Program-made: the position numbers and the translations under genes
Assembly (NCBI GenBank): GCA_000708835.1
Contig: DF237185.1
Location: forward strand, 68,024-132,023
Direction of reading: 5' to 3'
Length of the DNA: 64,000 nt
Source: Klebsormidium nitens
Taxonomy: Eukaryota > Plantae > Klebsormidiophyceae
The notes under the pieces: model-generated
Seen by the model: only the letters and a program-made list of their open reading frames with translations
Told to the model about the DNA's origin: nothing
The model's database searches: none
In this document: piece by piece, positions 1 to 14,300 of the stretch
Layout: every line of letters begins with the position of its first letter
How positions within the stretch are numbered: the first letter of the stretch is position 1

Positions 1-2866
1 TGCCTGGTCCGTGCGGCGCCGTACATCACCGGACGGTTCGTTCGACTTTCATGGTTTCTGACTGTCCGCTGCTGGCTTCCTCTCAACGGCTTTGTTCAGA
101 CTTTTGAGCTTTCACTTTCAGAGGTCCGCTTATGTCTGTAGTTCGCGAAAGGCGCTTCGAGTTATGAGTGTATGCTTGAGCACAGCGATGCAGCTCCCAT
201 TCACGAACTGAGGGCTGCATTTAATTTGGAATGTATCAAAGCACATGTCCGAAATTGCAGCTGGCAACCGCTGACATTGACGCTTGGCTATGACGTGACA
301 TTACACTGAGCGCCCCGTCTTATGACAAGCTCAGATTGAGCTGAACCTGTTCCTTAGCTGCTACATATGTTTGGCACTTCCTCTGCCGAAGGGTTTGCAC
401 ATTCAATATAGAGAGCATATACGACTTTTTCCTTTAGGGCTTACCTAAAGCCAGCTGCAGCTCACGGGCTGCCCTGAATTTGTCGACCAGTCCTATCGCT
501 GTAGAATACAAGCAGTGACGCCATTTTTGACACAGCTCGGCTTCCCACTTCAAAGATTGGACAGGTGGTGCATGTAAGGAGCAGAGATGATTGCTAAGCC
601 TCCTCCAGGAAGCTTGCAGCGCTCATGCCAGGATGTGGGCTGATTGTCTCTTGAAATCTTGGTTCTTCAGATCCTCCAAAACTTGAACTTCATGCTGAAG
701 CACTTTTGAAGTCATCAGATGCTCAGTCCCAGGCGGTGCTACATAACCTGCACCAGGTAACTTTGACTGCAGTTAATGCTATTATTTACCTAGTGCTATT
801 ATTGGTGCACGAAGCTTCAGCCTTCAGGTTTGACATAGCCAGACTGAGTAACGCCGGATTCTTTCTCACATTCATGCATGCAATTTAACAGAATCCAGGG
901 CCAGTGAGCTCAGCGTCAGCACGTATGTACGGGTGTACGGTATTGTAATGATTTGTAAGTCATCGAAGTATCTCCGTCGATATCAAAATCTATTCGAATT
1001 GACCGTCCGATTGCAACTACCAGCTGATTCAATGGGTATATTTGTAGAAGCAAATATTTTCAGGTTCCAACTTGAACCAGCATAATCTTACCTACTTCTC
1101 CGATTCTTGCTCGGGGCCGCAAACAAATTATACATAAAACCCGAAAATAGCACCTTAGGACAGGTTCCCACCTAATAAACCCCAGACTAACCCTACCTGT
1201 CTCCCGGGCATCTCTGTTAATTAAGTAACATGTACCTAATCAAGAGCTGTACTTCCAACCTAGGTTCAGTATACGGTAGCGAAATAGTACCTAGCTCATG
1301 AAGTACCTAGGTAGCTCCCCCGTAGCTCCTTAAAATCTTGCAAGTACCAAAAGCTTTTGCGCTTTCCTCACGGAAGCACACGAGCGCTGTTGCCACTGAA
1401 GGATGGTCCCGCCAAAAATCCACACCGATTCAGCCTAGAGTACCTCTGCCACTGGAATACAAAGTCAAAGGAGCAGTCGGGAAAATCAGCAAAGGAAAGT
1501 TTGAGAGGAGGTGAAGCGTTAGCTGCGCAGTGGCAACGTCATCTTTAACTTTATTTGCGCCACTGAGCTTTGATCCTCAGGAGTGACATACAGCTAGCAC
1601 ACAGCTAGTAGGACAAGTGCATGAGCTTGTCTGCACGGGTTAACAACTTCAAACAAGCAGATCGACTCAAGAAGCTTGGAGAACGAGTCTGCAGTTGGTA
1701 ACCCTAAAAGGCTGGTCAGCATGTCTCAGCTAGCAGCAGAAGCGAATCTGAACGAGGTCATCCCCCCGAGCATGGCTGGTAGGTTAATAAATGCAGAATT
1801 TGCTCATTTTGATGTCACCATTTCATGGTCTAGGCTACACAGCTGTGCAACGAATGCGTGGCAGAATGTACTTGGCTAGGGAGAATTCTGTGCACCGGCG
1901 GCTGTTTCTGAGCGGCGTCTGTTTGCTGCCAGACCTATTAGAGAGACTGGTCAAGAAACGGTAGAGGAGGGGAGCTGGGCCTCTGTGAATGCAATTGAGA
2001 AGTTCAGGCTCTCCACAGGCCCAAAAGTCTGCACATTAGTGGCCTTTCACCTCATAGAAAGGTGGTGTAAAGAGATGCCAGCACAGTTGAAAGCATTGAC
2101 TTTCCAGATTCCAGAAATCTGCTCTACTTCAGAATACAAAGCTGGCGGTTCCTGTGTCAAGCATTGTCCTTCCCTCGTTAGCTGCTGCACAGACCCAACC
2201 ATTGGCCCAGATCCTGACTTGATCTTTGACTTCGAGGCCCGCAAAGCTTTCTTCCTTGCAAAGCCAATGAAGCAAAGCGATTTGAAGTAGAAGTAATGGA
2301 CTCAGTGAGTGAAAATGCAGGCCCAGGGACCAGTGTGGAAAGTGACAGCCAAGCGACGACGCAAGCTGCGGAAAGTGCGGCGAACGGAGAGGTCGCCACC
2401 ACTTCTTTAGAGGGAGTTGGCTTTGATCAACCAAGAGAGGTAAGGCTGGGTCTGCATGGTTCCGATACGGCAGAGGAAGTCAGTTCCTCAACCTTTGAGT
2501 AGTCTGGGACGTTCTATTTCATCTTGCAGGGTAGCTCAAACAAGCAGGTGTCCTGAGGGTGCATTTGCTAAGATAGTGTTCCAGAACGTTGTTTTTGGAA
2601 GTCTTCATTTAAATGTCTCCACGAGTATACTCAGGGTCATATTTGCAACATGCCCAACAAGAGTTTTTCTCAGTGCATCGTGGAAGAGCATTCAAAGTCC
2701 TCAAATCCACCAGCTGAAACAACCGCAGTAGCAGCCTTTGCCTGCCTTAACTTGAGGCAGGCGGCAAACTTCCGACTACAGCTGCAGGGACGGAGATAAC
2801 AATGCAGGACGTTTTAAAGATGCAGACAGACTGCAACCGCTGAGCCTTTCGAATTGTGCATTACAG

Positions 2867-3728
2867 GGACATGCGGGACAGGTGGCGGCGCTGGAGATGC
2901 AGCAGAAGCTAGAGCTTCACGCCACTCCGGTCCGGGCTTACCTGGTAAGAATGCGGGAAGGTGTCCTGACTTTCATTTACAATGTCAGAGCGTAGGTCGA
3001 CTTTTGGCCTGCTCTTCGAGTCCGTCTCTGCTTAGTTCTATGCCACCCAGGGTTGCGTTTTCTTGACTGTGAGCAGGTTAGGAAACCTGTCTTGAAAGTT
3101 CAGGTATCATCGTAAAATTATCGTCGATGCTTCGGAAAGTTCGAAGCGAGTCTTTCCCGAGCCGGAAGCTTTCATTGGGCGCGGCTCTTTCGGTGTGTCT
3201 AAGAGTCGATAAAGAACGGTCACGGATGGTTGAAGACACCCACGCCAAGTCACTCACACTCAAGCTAGAGCCCTCATAGTAACGTCCTAAAAGGAGCGTC
3301 GGCGGCGTGTTTGCAGGAGGCCACGGTGGTCCCACTCCTTCTACAAGGGCTCCAGCACACGGCTCGCGAAAGGTGAGCGCACCTGCGATCTCAAGCGCTG
3401 CTCTCCAATCAATTCGCTTGCGTGTTGGCAGCCAACTGAAATCATTTCTGCAGCCTGACTTCGACCATTCGCTGAGCTGTTGATGCAGCGCTGTAGACGA
3501 TCAAAAGTCGCACTTTAGGTACAAGCTGGTATCTGGGAACTGAGGAACATCGTCGACCCGTTAACTGCTCGTAATAGCCAATTCTTTCAGGAGGACGCAC
3601 TTCTCACCAAACCATTTTGTTTTACGTGCAGGCCTGACAACCCCGTTGAATATCTTGCGGCCTTCCTGCTGAAGAACAATCCGCAGAAGCCCGCTCGAAT
3701 TTCGGCTCCCGTGGCCGGCTCATCCTAA
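2867..3728 (+). CDS. DPY30: Dpy-30 motif protein (COMPASS subunit-like), last three coding exons; any 5' exon(s) not located
   Basis: Exons 2867-2944, 3317-3372 and 3632-3728 with canonical AG/GT splice in frame to ...QQKLELHATPVRAYL|EATVVPLLLQGLQHTARER|PDNPVEYLAAFLLKNNPQK...*. This matches the Dpy-30 motif (P-R-YL---VVP-LL-GL------RP-NP-EYLA-FL). Confidence 0.88.
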
Positions 3729-5158
3729 CGTACTAACTAGCCTGTGTGTCCTGCTGACTAGTACTCTTAACCCCTTTGGAGATGATCAGGCTACCGAGCA
3801 GCGCTACGGCTTATACTGTGGCGGCTGCAATGACGGTGAGGATTGCAGTGAAGGCGAAGTCACGTGTTTCTAATTAAGTCAAATCGTGTTGCGGCTGATT
3901 GTTTTCTGCCAAGCCAGGTTGAACAAACGGAACTTACCTGGCAGCGCGCGGCTATAGGCGACATAATGCAACAACTGGCTCACACTTGGTGGCGCGCGTG
4001 GCATGTGACCGTCATATGCTTCCATGACATGAGTAAACTGGAATATCAGTACAGGGGAATCGGCGTATGATTGCAACAGCTGCCGCGCGGCCGGAACGTT
4101 TGGAAGCATGATAGTCGGAAGGTCTTATGTAAGTCTGACCTGAAGAGACAATTGAACGCGAATGATGACACAATAACACAGATCCGATCTATATAAGCCT
4201 AGCTTGCTCAGCCTGGCCTTCCTTCCGAGTTCATTCCACCTCCATTCCGACTGATACGGATTCGATCTGGCTTAACGAGTACTTGGCTAGTCAACGATCC
4301 ACTGAGGCTTGAGCCTCCTGCTAAGCTTGATTGAAAAGTCTGCCGTCGCGTGCAAACATGTGCATGTGATGTAAAGCATGCGCCTGTCCGGCCGCCGCTG
4401 CGATTCGAGGCTGAGGCGGACGGAACGCTACTCATGGTTGCTCTTTTCTGAATCACATGCAGTGGCACTGAGAGTTACGGGCGCTCGCGCTTGCAGTGCA
4501 GGGCCACCGTACGTTCGCAAGCATGTGCAAATGCATGCTTGCCTTTGATGAATCCCTGCATGGATCTGCGACCCGGGCCGGGCAGGCCCGGGCAGAAGAA
4601 TTGCAACTTGAAACCGTATACTAAGTCTAGCTACCATTGTCGCAATCGCAATCATTTCATCTCCATGATCATATACTGCCTATATTAAGTTGCATCTGGC
4701 AAGTAACCATCCAATTTCATGACGTTTTATGCATGGGGGATCGACGAGCGGAGCTCGAGGCGAACTTACGTATCAGATCGCGTCATACTGAGAGCGCCTG
4801 CCGCCAACCAACATGTTTTGCGTCATGGGCCCATATCAACTGGAGCGGCGGCTCAGTCCCGCCCGGCGCCCGGCCCGGGGCGTATTTTCAACTTATTTTC
4901 ATGTGGCTTCCCAAACCGCGACCAAACTAAGTTGCCAGGCCAGTGCTGACGGCAGCCTCAGTGTGTGATCGTATTGGGTACATGCTCTCTGGTGTTGATC
5001 ACCAACTCCATTGTCCGAATGAATACAAAAGTTGACACTTTGAAGCCAAGCGACATCAATTGAATCGAATTGACCTTACGAATCCAGATTTACGGCAGGG
5101 ACAGAGCTCGGCCGAAATGGGACTCGTGTTATAGTTGGACGTTTACACAACGGGGGTG

Positions 5159-6116
5159 TTATAGGTGGCCCCTAAAGCGCTGGAACAGGGAGATGATCGA
5201 GTCTTCGCCATACGGCTGCGGCCGCACGTACCGCATCGGCGTCCGCCCGCTCCGATCCCTTGCGTTCACGTTCGCCTTCCACCTCAGCAACTCCTTACAA
5301 CGCACATACTCGTGCCGCTCCGCCGCGATATGCAACGGGGTCTTCCCCTGCTTATCTACGCTATTCGGCCGCGCCCCTAGCCCCAGTAAATACTCGACGT
5401 TTCGAAACGCGGGGTCGTTTGGGTCTTGGACCTCGAGCGCGTCGTGCAGCGGCGTGCGGCCCTCAAGGTCCTTAGCGTCTAGATTGGCGCCCTTGCTTTT
5501 CAGATACACGATGACGTCACTCGGCCCGATCACGGAGTAGTGGATTGGCAACTTGCCGTTTAGCGGGTTCCGCTGCTGCACGCCCACCCCGGTCTGCAGC
5601 AACGCCTCGATAACCGCCATCTTGGTTACGTAACCCTCTTTTCCGATCAGCGCGCTGACGATCGGAAACCGCCCAAACTCGTCGGCAATATCCGCCCTCG
5701 CCCCGTTTTCGATCAACCGGATAACCATTGTCGGGTCTCCAATCTCGCATGCCACGTGGAGGGCCGTCGTGTAGTACCCCAAAATTCGGTCATCTAACTG
5801 GTTAACGTCCGCCCCTTTCTGCTCAACCAGCCACCAAAGCCGGCTGAAATCCCGCTGCATGATCGCCTGGTGTAAATCCGCCACGTCGACCGGGTTATCG
5901 TCCTGCCTCGGTAACCTAACCCGCACGAACTCCCGCCCACCAATCAGATCGCTTGCTTCTTCCACCACCCCCTCCTCGAGGTCTGGGTTAGCGGGGTAAC
6001 CGGGTTCGGTTAGGGCGTCGTCTTCTCGTTTCGTCGAATTCGGTCGCGGTCCTCCGAGGAGCCAAGAATCGCGGTCTACTTCGACGGTGGGAAAACGGCT
6101 GCGGTTCCTTGTCCGC
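5159..6116 (-). CDS. Ankyrin-repeat protein, terminal exon (about 6 ANK repeats)
   Basis: ANK motifs TALHVAC..G, GRTPLHDAL, GKTPLHIAA, GRTPM and spacers GADVN/GANLDAKD/KANVNARD. The ORF-track ATG at 6142 lies in a CTAAT branch point plus polypyrimidine tract ending CAG at 6117-6118, so the exon starts at 6116 (phase 2). Confidence 0.88.
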
Positions 6117-7376
6117 CTGCAAGGAGGAGAGAAATCCAGCATTAGTTAAACGATCGCACTTTCTTTTTAAACAGTCGCACCTTCACCCAGGCATGTCAAA
6201 CGATATAGTGTCGTTAAGTCTGCCAAACGGAAACCTCAGGTAGACCGCGAAGCTCGCTCATGAAAGTTGAGTCTGACGAAGAATCCTGACGGAGAAGGGG
6301 GTCTGAATCTTGCCTCTTGTCAGCCTGCAGATGGAAGCACTCAAAAGATAATTAAGAGTATTAATCCATTACTGATGCAGTTCGTCGTTCTTGCGGAACA
6401 ATTATGTGGAGCAAAGGGAGAGCGAGCGCACGTTTTACTTCAATCTCTTTGTAAGATTCGAACGAACAAAGTTCAGTCAGCTCAAGGATTTCAGGGAATC
6501 TGCTCCGGCTGCAAAATGAAATCGCAGTCTGTTTCGAAGTAGATTCCCCGGCTTCCCCTCTGAAGGACAGGTTAAAAATGGTCTTGTCGAGAGCGTCAAG
6601 TCCTTTTTCTCTCCATAAACATGCATTTACAACCGTGCGTGACTGCCAACATATTGGGGGAGCGCGCAGCCGACATCAAAGTCTGCTGCTCGACTTCTTC
6701 CCGCAACGAGGAGGAAACTCAATTACTGAAAAAGTCTACTCCGTCGAATCACAGGTCTGCTGCGTGTCGTGAGCAGTGCTTAACGGTGCCAGTACGTCGA
6801 TGTACTCCGTTTGGATGATTAGTCATCGGAGGAGACAGAAGAGTGGGTGTTTCGGTGTCAGCGCAGAAGTTCCTAATGATCTGCAAAAGTTCCTAATGTC
6901 ATCTGCAAAAGTTCCTGATGTCCTTCATTCGGCGACCGTAAACTGTCTTGATGATTCTTTTCGCATCTCTGGGTAAGAGTAGTCGCGCTCTGTTCAAAAG
7001 CTGCAAGTCTTGGGTTCGACAGAACAGGAAAGTTAGGCAGTTGTCAGCAACAGGGCGCGGTGGTGACTGAAGCAAGGAAACGAGGAGAGTTTGTCGCCAT
7101 TCCCTAAGATCCAAATCAAAGGAGATGGGACGCACGCAAAGTGGAGAACGGTTCAACAAAAGCGAGAAAGTAAGGAAGGAGTGAGAATCGCAGGCAGATG
7201 ATTGCGTTTCTTTGACAAACCAGCGGAGAAAACATGAGGCCAGCGGAAAAGAAGACGTTCCAACGGGAGCTCACGACAAAACCAAGAAAACAAGAAGGCT
7301 AAGACCGTCCGTCCTTTCTGCGGCTAATCCAACAACCCAACCCGTTCCCCTTCTCTTCTTTTCTTTTGCTTCTCAC

Positions 7377-9586
7377 CTCTTGAAAGCATCTTCCGACGGC
7401 CCAAAAGGGCTTTCCTCCTCCACTTCTTTCGCCAGACCTTGCCAGCTGTCACTCTCCCATTGGCCGCTGCCTGGCCCGCTTGGCCGACTCTCGCCCTTTC
7501 GCGACCCGTAACCTTCGAACTGACCCTCGTCGTTCTCGTCAACCCTCCGCCTAAACCCACTCTCTACCCCCCTTGGTTGCCTGGGACTGGGAATCCTCTC
7601 ATCTCTGTACCCGTCCAGAAACCCAGACGCTGACCCACTCCTTGACCCATGGCTTAACCCGCTTTCCGACGGTTCGAACTGGCGCCTCCTGTCCAAGCCA
7701 GTTCCTCTGTACCCGTCGCTCACCTCAGATTCCAAGTTTCCCCCGAACTCAGGGCTAAACCCACTTTCTGAGGGACCGGAACGAAGCCTCTCTCTAGGCC
7801 GTTCGTTCCCACGTTCTTGCCGTAACCTAGACGCCGCTTCCCTTTCAATGCCAAAGCTCGACCCCCTTTCAGCCCGACCCAATTGACGCCGCGCTTGAGG
7901 CCTTTCTCCCTCATGACCTGCACCAGGATCAGACTGTGACCCGCTCCCTAACCGGGGACTTAACCCGCTTCCTGATCCCCTAGTCCCAGAAAATGGCCCC
8001 TTTTCCAACCTGCGCCCCGCCGCACCAAACCCGTCTCCATTAACCCGCCCCTGACTTAGTGACCTCCTCTCTAGGTTACCCTCAGACCCGCTTCCTAACC
8101 CGCTCCCTAACCCCCTTCCTAACCCGCTGCTCTCGCCCCATGGCGAAGACTCCTCCCCCCGCTTCCGCCCCGCCACACCGCTGTTACTCAGCCACTGCGC
8201 GATTTGCCGCTCTCGGATCTCCGGATCCACTTCCGCGTGTTCAAACCCATCCTTGAAGAAGTGCAAACCCTGCCTTACCGGGGGGCCGTCTGCCCAGGGA
8301 TCGCCACCCCCCCAGGGCGAACCTCTTTCAATGCCACCTCCCTGGGACGGCACGTCTCTCTCGAGAGCGCCGCGCTCGCTTGACAGAATGGCTGCCAGAC
8401 GCGACTTTTGGATCTTTTGGGGGGGAGGCGGCGGGGGCTCTTTAGGGGGGAGGGCAACTTCTTGCTCCCACTTCCGCCGGCTCTCTTCCTGCTCCGCGGC
8501 TGCTGATGTCAGCGCTTCTGTCACAGCAGCCAATGAGATTTGGGGCTTTACTTCCGGTTCGAGGAGTTTCGGGGGCTCCGGAAGAAGCTCCTCCCACTTC
8601 CGCCGAACAGGGTTTGGGGCTGGGGTAGGAATCTGGTTTCGGGTTAGGTTTGGAACTGCAACTGGCGCTCCATTGAGGACCTGATTAACAACCGGGTTAG
8701 GGGCTGGGTTTGACACTGCAAATGGGGTTGCGGTACTTGACGCCTCGATCGAACTTGGCGCGTCAGCACCGCCCTCTTCCGATGACTCATTCTGCAAGCT
8801 GTGTGCACTGTTCCGAAGTTTCCGTTCACTCGCATCTAACCTGGGTGCACCGCCTGCATGCTTTCCCCCCACCGTCACAAGTTCGAAACCAATGGGGTTT
8901 CCATTGGGGGCCCGGGTAGGCTCTCGAGCAGACCCCCCAGAAATGGACGCTTTCGTAACAGCAGAGTTGACGTGTGACCGAGAGTTTGCGCCATTGACCG
9001 TCTTCTGCTTTCCGTTTGGAGAAGCTTTGGACTCCCGAGTTTGTGCGCTACTTGGGCGGGCAGCTTCGGTAGGCTGACTTTCAACCCCTTCGGCCCTCAC
9101 AGAACCCCTCAGACTTGGGCTTCTACTGGGAATTCGGGGACTGTTATCCGGCATTTCGGAAGCACCTGTTTGGGAAATACCTGCTCCCGCCTCCCAAGGT
9201 CCTTCCTCCCACTTTGAGCGGACGTAACCCTTCACTCCTGCCGCAGTCTGCGCATCACCATCCCTCCGGCGCGCGGCAGAAAACTTTCCCTTGCTAACCC
9301 AGCTGCTTAACCCGCCGGGTATCCGCCTAACCGGCCCCTGCCCTGGAACTGCGCCTATGCTGCCAAACCTCTTTGCTACTCCTGCCATTCCTGCTTGTCC
9401 TCTCCAATCTGACGCTTGGGTGCACGGAAAAGTTCTACTAGGGCTGTAAGTGCAAGGTTTGAAAGCGGGCAAGAGGGGCGTGGTGGGAGTGTAGAGAAGG
9501 TTAGCGGTGAACCGAGGTGAAGCCCAGGTTTGGAGGCTGAGGGTTTGACCCACAGCCGCAGGCGAGCAGCAATGAGTGCCCTCCAT
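7377..9586 (-). CDS. Large low-complexity (G/S/P/E/R-rich) exon with a transit-peptide-like N-terminus; probably exon 1 of the ankyrin gene
   Basis: 737-codon open frame. It ends at AAG AG|GTGAGA, a phase-2 donor at 7375-7376, compatible with the phase-2 acceptor at 6116. No recognisable domain. Confidence 0.65.
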
Positions 9587-11381
9587 GTTTATAGCCGTGC
9601 GTGTTAAGCAAACGTACTAGCAGCAGCCCGCCTCATAGTTTTTGGACGCGTCTGTCGGGAACTGCTCAAGCCCATGTATACAGACCAGGCTGGCCCGACC
9701 TCTGATCAAAGGTGGTCATTGGCTGCAAGGTAAGAAAAGAAAGGCGATCGTAACGCATTTGCTATCAGGAGAGGAAATCAAAGCTGAGTTTCTCAACCAG
9801 ATTCGATGGCATTCGGTCAGTTCCGCAAATCGCAAAAGGCTGCTTGTTCATGAAAGATATCTTATCGCATATTGATAACATGTTTTCTCAAAATATCGGA
9901 TAGAACAAGCACAGCAGCAGCAAGAGGATTCGAAAAGCTTGGGCGCCACAAGCAAAATCACTGCGCAAGGCATCTTTCCAAAGGATGTGGTGATGAACAC
10001 TTAAAGACAGCTCTCCCTGTGGGCAAATGCCACCAAGAACCCGGAAATGACCCAATAATGCCACCGCTTGGCAAGTGATTTGGTTCAAGCGCCTTCAAGC
10101 AGATCAATGCGCCCATTGAGTAAAGTGCCAAACGTTAAGGAGAAATCCCACAGCTTAGCGTAGCACCACCATTTTCAGCAGAGTGACAGAGCTTAAATTT
10201 ATGGAGAAAGGACTTACCTTCTATCAGTTGTGCCGGCCAGATGCAAAGCAAGCCAATTCATCGCCTTCACGAGCTTCAAAAAGGCACCATGTGAGAGCAG
10301 CTCATACATAAGACTCCAATGCTTCCTATCATTTCTGGGGCGCTTCAGACGAGCAGACACACGAAAGATGCGCCCTTTGAAGGCCTTTCCCGCTCCTACG
10401 AGTCCTAGAGATCAGGAGATTTTTGCTGCCCGGGCAGAGATGTCTGTGACGGACTGCTACATAAGATTTGGGCCGTCCATATCGACGGTCGTCAGCATGT
10501 TGCAAGCAACCGCGCGCGCGTCACTTAAATCGTAGACGTGCAAGAGCATTACATTCAGTCCTGCAATCTTGCGGCGTTCGGATGTCAATTTCATCGCGGC
10601 TTCCATCGGAGGATATTTCACAGATTTGGAGTTCTGCTGATGTGACTTTCCTAGCTTCTGCCGCTTAGAACAGCGCCGGCCCGCATGCCTACAGAGCGGC
10701 ACGTGGCGTCGCATAATTAGTCGACGGCCTGTACGTCCGAGTCAGGCTTGTTTGGCGGCCTAATTGCATGTACCTATATAACTTCTCAGCCTTGAAACTC
10801 TTGCACTTACGAATCTTGCGTCCCAAAAGAGAGGTCGATGGCCCGGTCAGAATGTGGAGAAGTGACGGCATTACATCTCATTCCTGGGGACCATGAGACT
10901 TTTAGGCCAATGCGGTCCAACAATATCCTTGTCACCCTTGCGTGACTTTGAACATAAGAGAAAAGTAGAGGCTTTCAATGATAGCGTTTTCGTATGGGAG
11001 ATGGAGCCAGTGGCTCTGCCGTGAGTCGGCCCATCAAGAAAGATCATGTTATAAGTGGCGAAAGCAGGGAGAAAGCAGGGACGCCCAAATCTGGCGAGAG
11101 AGCCGAGGAGAGAGACAGAGAAAAGGAAAGCGACAATAAACAAAGTGACTGGTTGATTTCAGGGGCACCTCAAGTAGCAGGCTTTGCTCTCATGCTTGCT
11201 CCTGTATTTGAAAATGCAAAAAGCCGCTTATGCATGCACTCGGTAAAGAGTGTATTTGCGGGAAAGACCGCCCCGCTGGGCGTCTTGTAAACCGGCGCGC
11301 TGCTCTTGAAAGGGAAGAAACTAGATCATAGAAAGCCATACGGTGATAAGAACAGCAACCAGGACCGGGCACTTTTGCGAG

Positions 11382-14300
11382 ATGGCGCTCTTAGAGGCCG
11401 GCCGCCGGCGGAGGCGCTCGACACGGGCACTCCTGGGATACTTGGAAGTGCATGGTGGGGCGTCGTTCTCTCCATGTCAAGTTTTTGATTCCGTCGGTTC
11501 TCCGCTCTTGTTGCCATTTGGTGGCGCTTCTTCATCTCCTGTCCTTGTTCTCAATCTTCAATTTTGATGAAGTTTTCCCAATCAGCAGATAGACACACAC
11601 TTTCTCCTGACGGCGACAATGAAACAGATGGAATGCGCCCCTTGACTCGTCGCTAATAGCTGATGCACTAGGTCGCTTCGTCAACCTCGTGTCCCTCTAC
11701 TTAGGAGCTAAAAGCGAGATCGAAAACAGAAGAATGGTTCTCCATATTCGACGGGTTGGCAGATAGTTGCATACTGTCGTATCCATACCGAGTGACGCCC
11801 ACGTTCAAGCCAGAGGAAAGCGGTACTGTTGATTGGTATCGAGGGACTAGAAGGAACAAAGACGGCTGGAGATACATGTCATTCCATGTTGCCAATCCTT
11901 TCGATCTTATTGGTCGAGCAGGCAACTACGCAGAAACAAGCTGGCAGACATACTTCCAAAAGCTGCCCGCTGATTGTCATCAAAGATACGTATACGGCGC
12001 CATCTACATTCTGCCTGGATCGTAAGTAAGCTCTTCGGAGATCATTTCCAGTTCCGGCTCTATGTCGTGTTTATCTCCAAAATTTTGAACGGAAACTTGC
12101 TCTACTCCACAGTTTTCGAGGCCTCCCCTCGTGGGTTGAAGAAGAGCATGGGCGTGCAGCGAATATCGTCTGCTTGGAAGACGCTCATTCCAGGCATGTC
12201 CGAAGTCATCTGTCGAGGTGAGGGTGTGATCTGCTTCCGACAACCGGAAGTGTTTACGCAGTCTTCCGTTACAGTTTGTCGAACTTCCTTTCAGCGAAGA
12301 TTGATCCAGTCCGACCTCCTTCGAGCTTCGTTTGACCCAGGTACCAGCAGACCTTTCATTCTAAGCGACCCTGCAAGTACCCTTGGATAATCCATAAATT
12401 GCCTCGGAAAGGGGTCTCGTAACCTTTACTCAAAGTCGCGACTTCGACCAGTTTGTAGAACAGTCGACAAAGACATGCTCGACGAATCCACAGCATTCAT
12501 AACGCTTTTCTCTATCATTGTCGGCTCACTGCAGAACACAATGGGCACTTAGGAACTTCTTGGGCTCTTAGAACTCCTCGGTATCAAGCCGAACCAAAGG
12601 TCATTTCCTGCGGGGTGATCGAAGCTTCGGTTGTAGTGACTAGCTGAGAGCTCATGCCAAGGGTCAGATTTCAAATCACATACGGACTCGTCCGCTCCAA
12701 CACGGTGTGCCAGACCGCAGACTCCTCCTGATAAGCTGCGTGTAGCCTGATTATGCATTGCAAGATAGAAAACACATACGGACTGGAAACTTCATCGGCG
12801 TTCCGGGAAAGCAATCTGAAGAAGGCGTCTGATGAACAATGTCACGACGCAGTTGAGATCAGCGGCGTGGCGGCCCAGCGCGCGGAAACCGCGCCCGCGA
12901 AAGTCGGGAAAGCCGCCATAACGTGGGACGAGAAAGTGTCGCTCCCGGTTTACGAGGGCGCCAAGGAGCTCCGACTGCTCCTCTTGTCCCCGGGGGTAAG
13001 CGGGGCGACCCCGAGAACGGTCGCAAACGGCGGGTTCTATGTGGAGGACATCATGGCGTCGCCCTCAAACTGCAAGTGGTTCGAGCTGTTCGCGCCGGGG
13101 GGCAACGCAGGTGGGTTTTGACGCAACCAGCTTTTTCCAAGTCTTTTGGTGGATATCTCTCTTCCTCCTTTTTGCTTTTTCTTTAGTACAAATTGATTTT
13201 CTCGCGCAATGCATTATCTCCAGTTCCGAAGCTCCATGTTTGTCTCTCCCTTGGGGTTCGACTTCAGTAGTTTTATTTCCTCAACACGTTTCTCCTCGAT
13301 CCTCCTTTACCGCTTTCTCATGGTCCCAATTTTTTCCTACACCGAAGATCAGCAGACAGTATCTGCTTGCACACGTGAAATTCTTCTTTGCCATTTTTGG
13401 GTACGTCAGCTAGGGTTCTCGAGAGGTTTTGCGAACAGGGCGTCGGCTGCCATCCGGGACCCGTGAATTTAAACAAAATTTTGTTAGTGCTTCGGGCGAA
13501 ACTACTCTTGTTGAGGATTTCAGCAGCCTCCGTCTGCAGAATCCAGACGATTCAGCCGTGAGCTTCCACCGCGTCCACAAGATGGTTCCGGCAATCGAAA
13601 AGTTCAGCCCCTACTAGTTTGGCGAGAACGCTGAGAATGAATTTCAACGGACTGGCGCCATTTATTCGCGTCTTCAGACACAAAGATAACACCTCGTTTA
13701 CAACAGCCGACAGACTGACGCTCTTTTTGCACTCCGCTCTTCCTCAGCTTTCATTCATGCTGCAAAGCACCGGTCGGACGCCCACCCTACGACAAGGAGA
13801 CCCGCTTCGTTTCGAGTATAAACACAATACTCTGGCACGGGCTTGAATGGTTCCTTTAGGGCGCCGACTTGTAAGGAGAACGATGATCGTATTTTACGTA
13901 TTTAACCCAGATTGTTATATGATTGTTATATGATCGTATTTAACGTATTCAACCCATATTTAACCCATATTGGGTCGTATTTAACGTGTTTAAACCATAT
14001 TCCCACATCTTCTTTTCCAGGAGGAACTATCAAGCTCAGCATCCTATACACTGCGGCGACCACTACCGAGAGGCAGCGCCGGCAGTCGGTGAATGCAGAA
14101 ACGCAGATTGAGGCGCAGGCGTCACACGAGCTGACGTCAGAAAGGATGCAAAGCAAGAGCTTCAACGACTCGTCGTCAGGTAAGCAGAGCGAGGGGTTTC
14201 GAACTGCTTTGGTGTGCTAGCTGTGAGATCAACCGTTTTTACTAGACTTGCTATCAAGTAAAAGTTTCCCGGAGTTGCAAGAATGGAACGGAAAAGGGCA

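Noticed and set aside
1-2800. Named transposase or gene upstream of the Dpy-30 exons
   Set aside because: Only short stop-interrupted frames on both strands with no recognisable motif; left unannotated.
4572-4879. MITE bounded by CCCGGGCCGGGC inverted repeats
   Set aside because: The 12-bp GC-only repeat has low complexity, there is no TSD, and similar GGCCC motifs recur in intergenic DNA such as near 43915.
11700-12450. Independent genes from ORFs 11756-12025 and 11974-12390
   Set aside because: No recognisable domain or consistent splice model, and they lie within the presumed first intron of the C2 gene.
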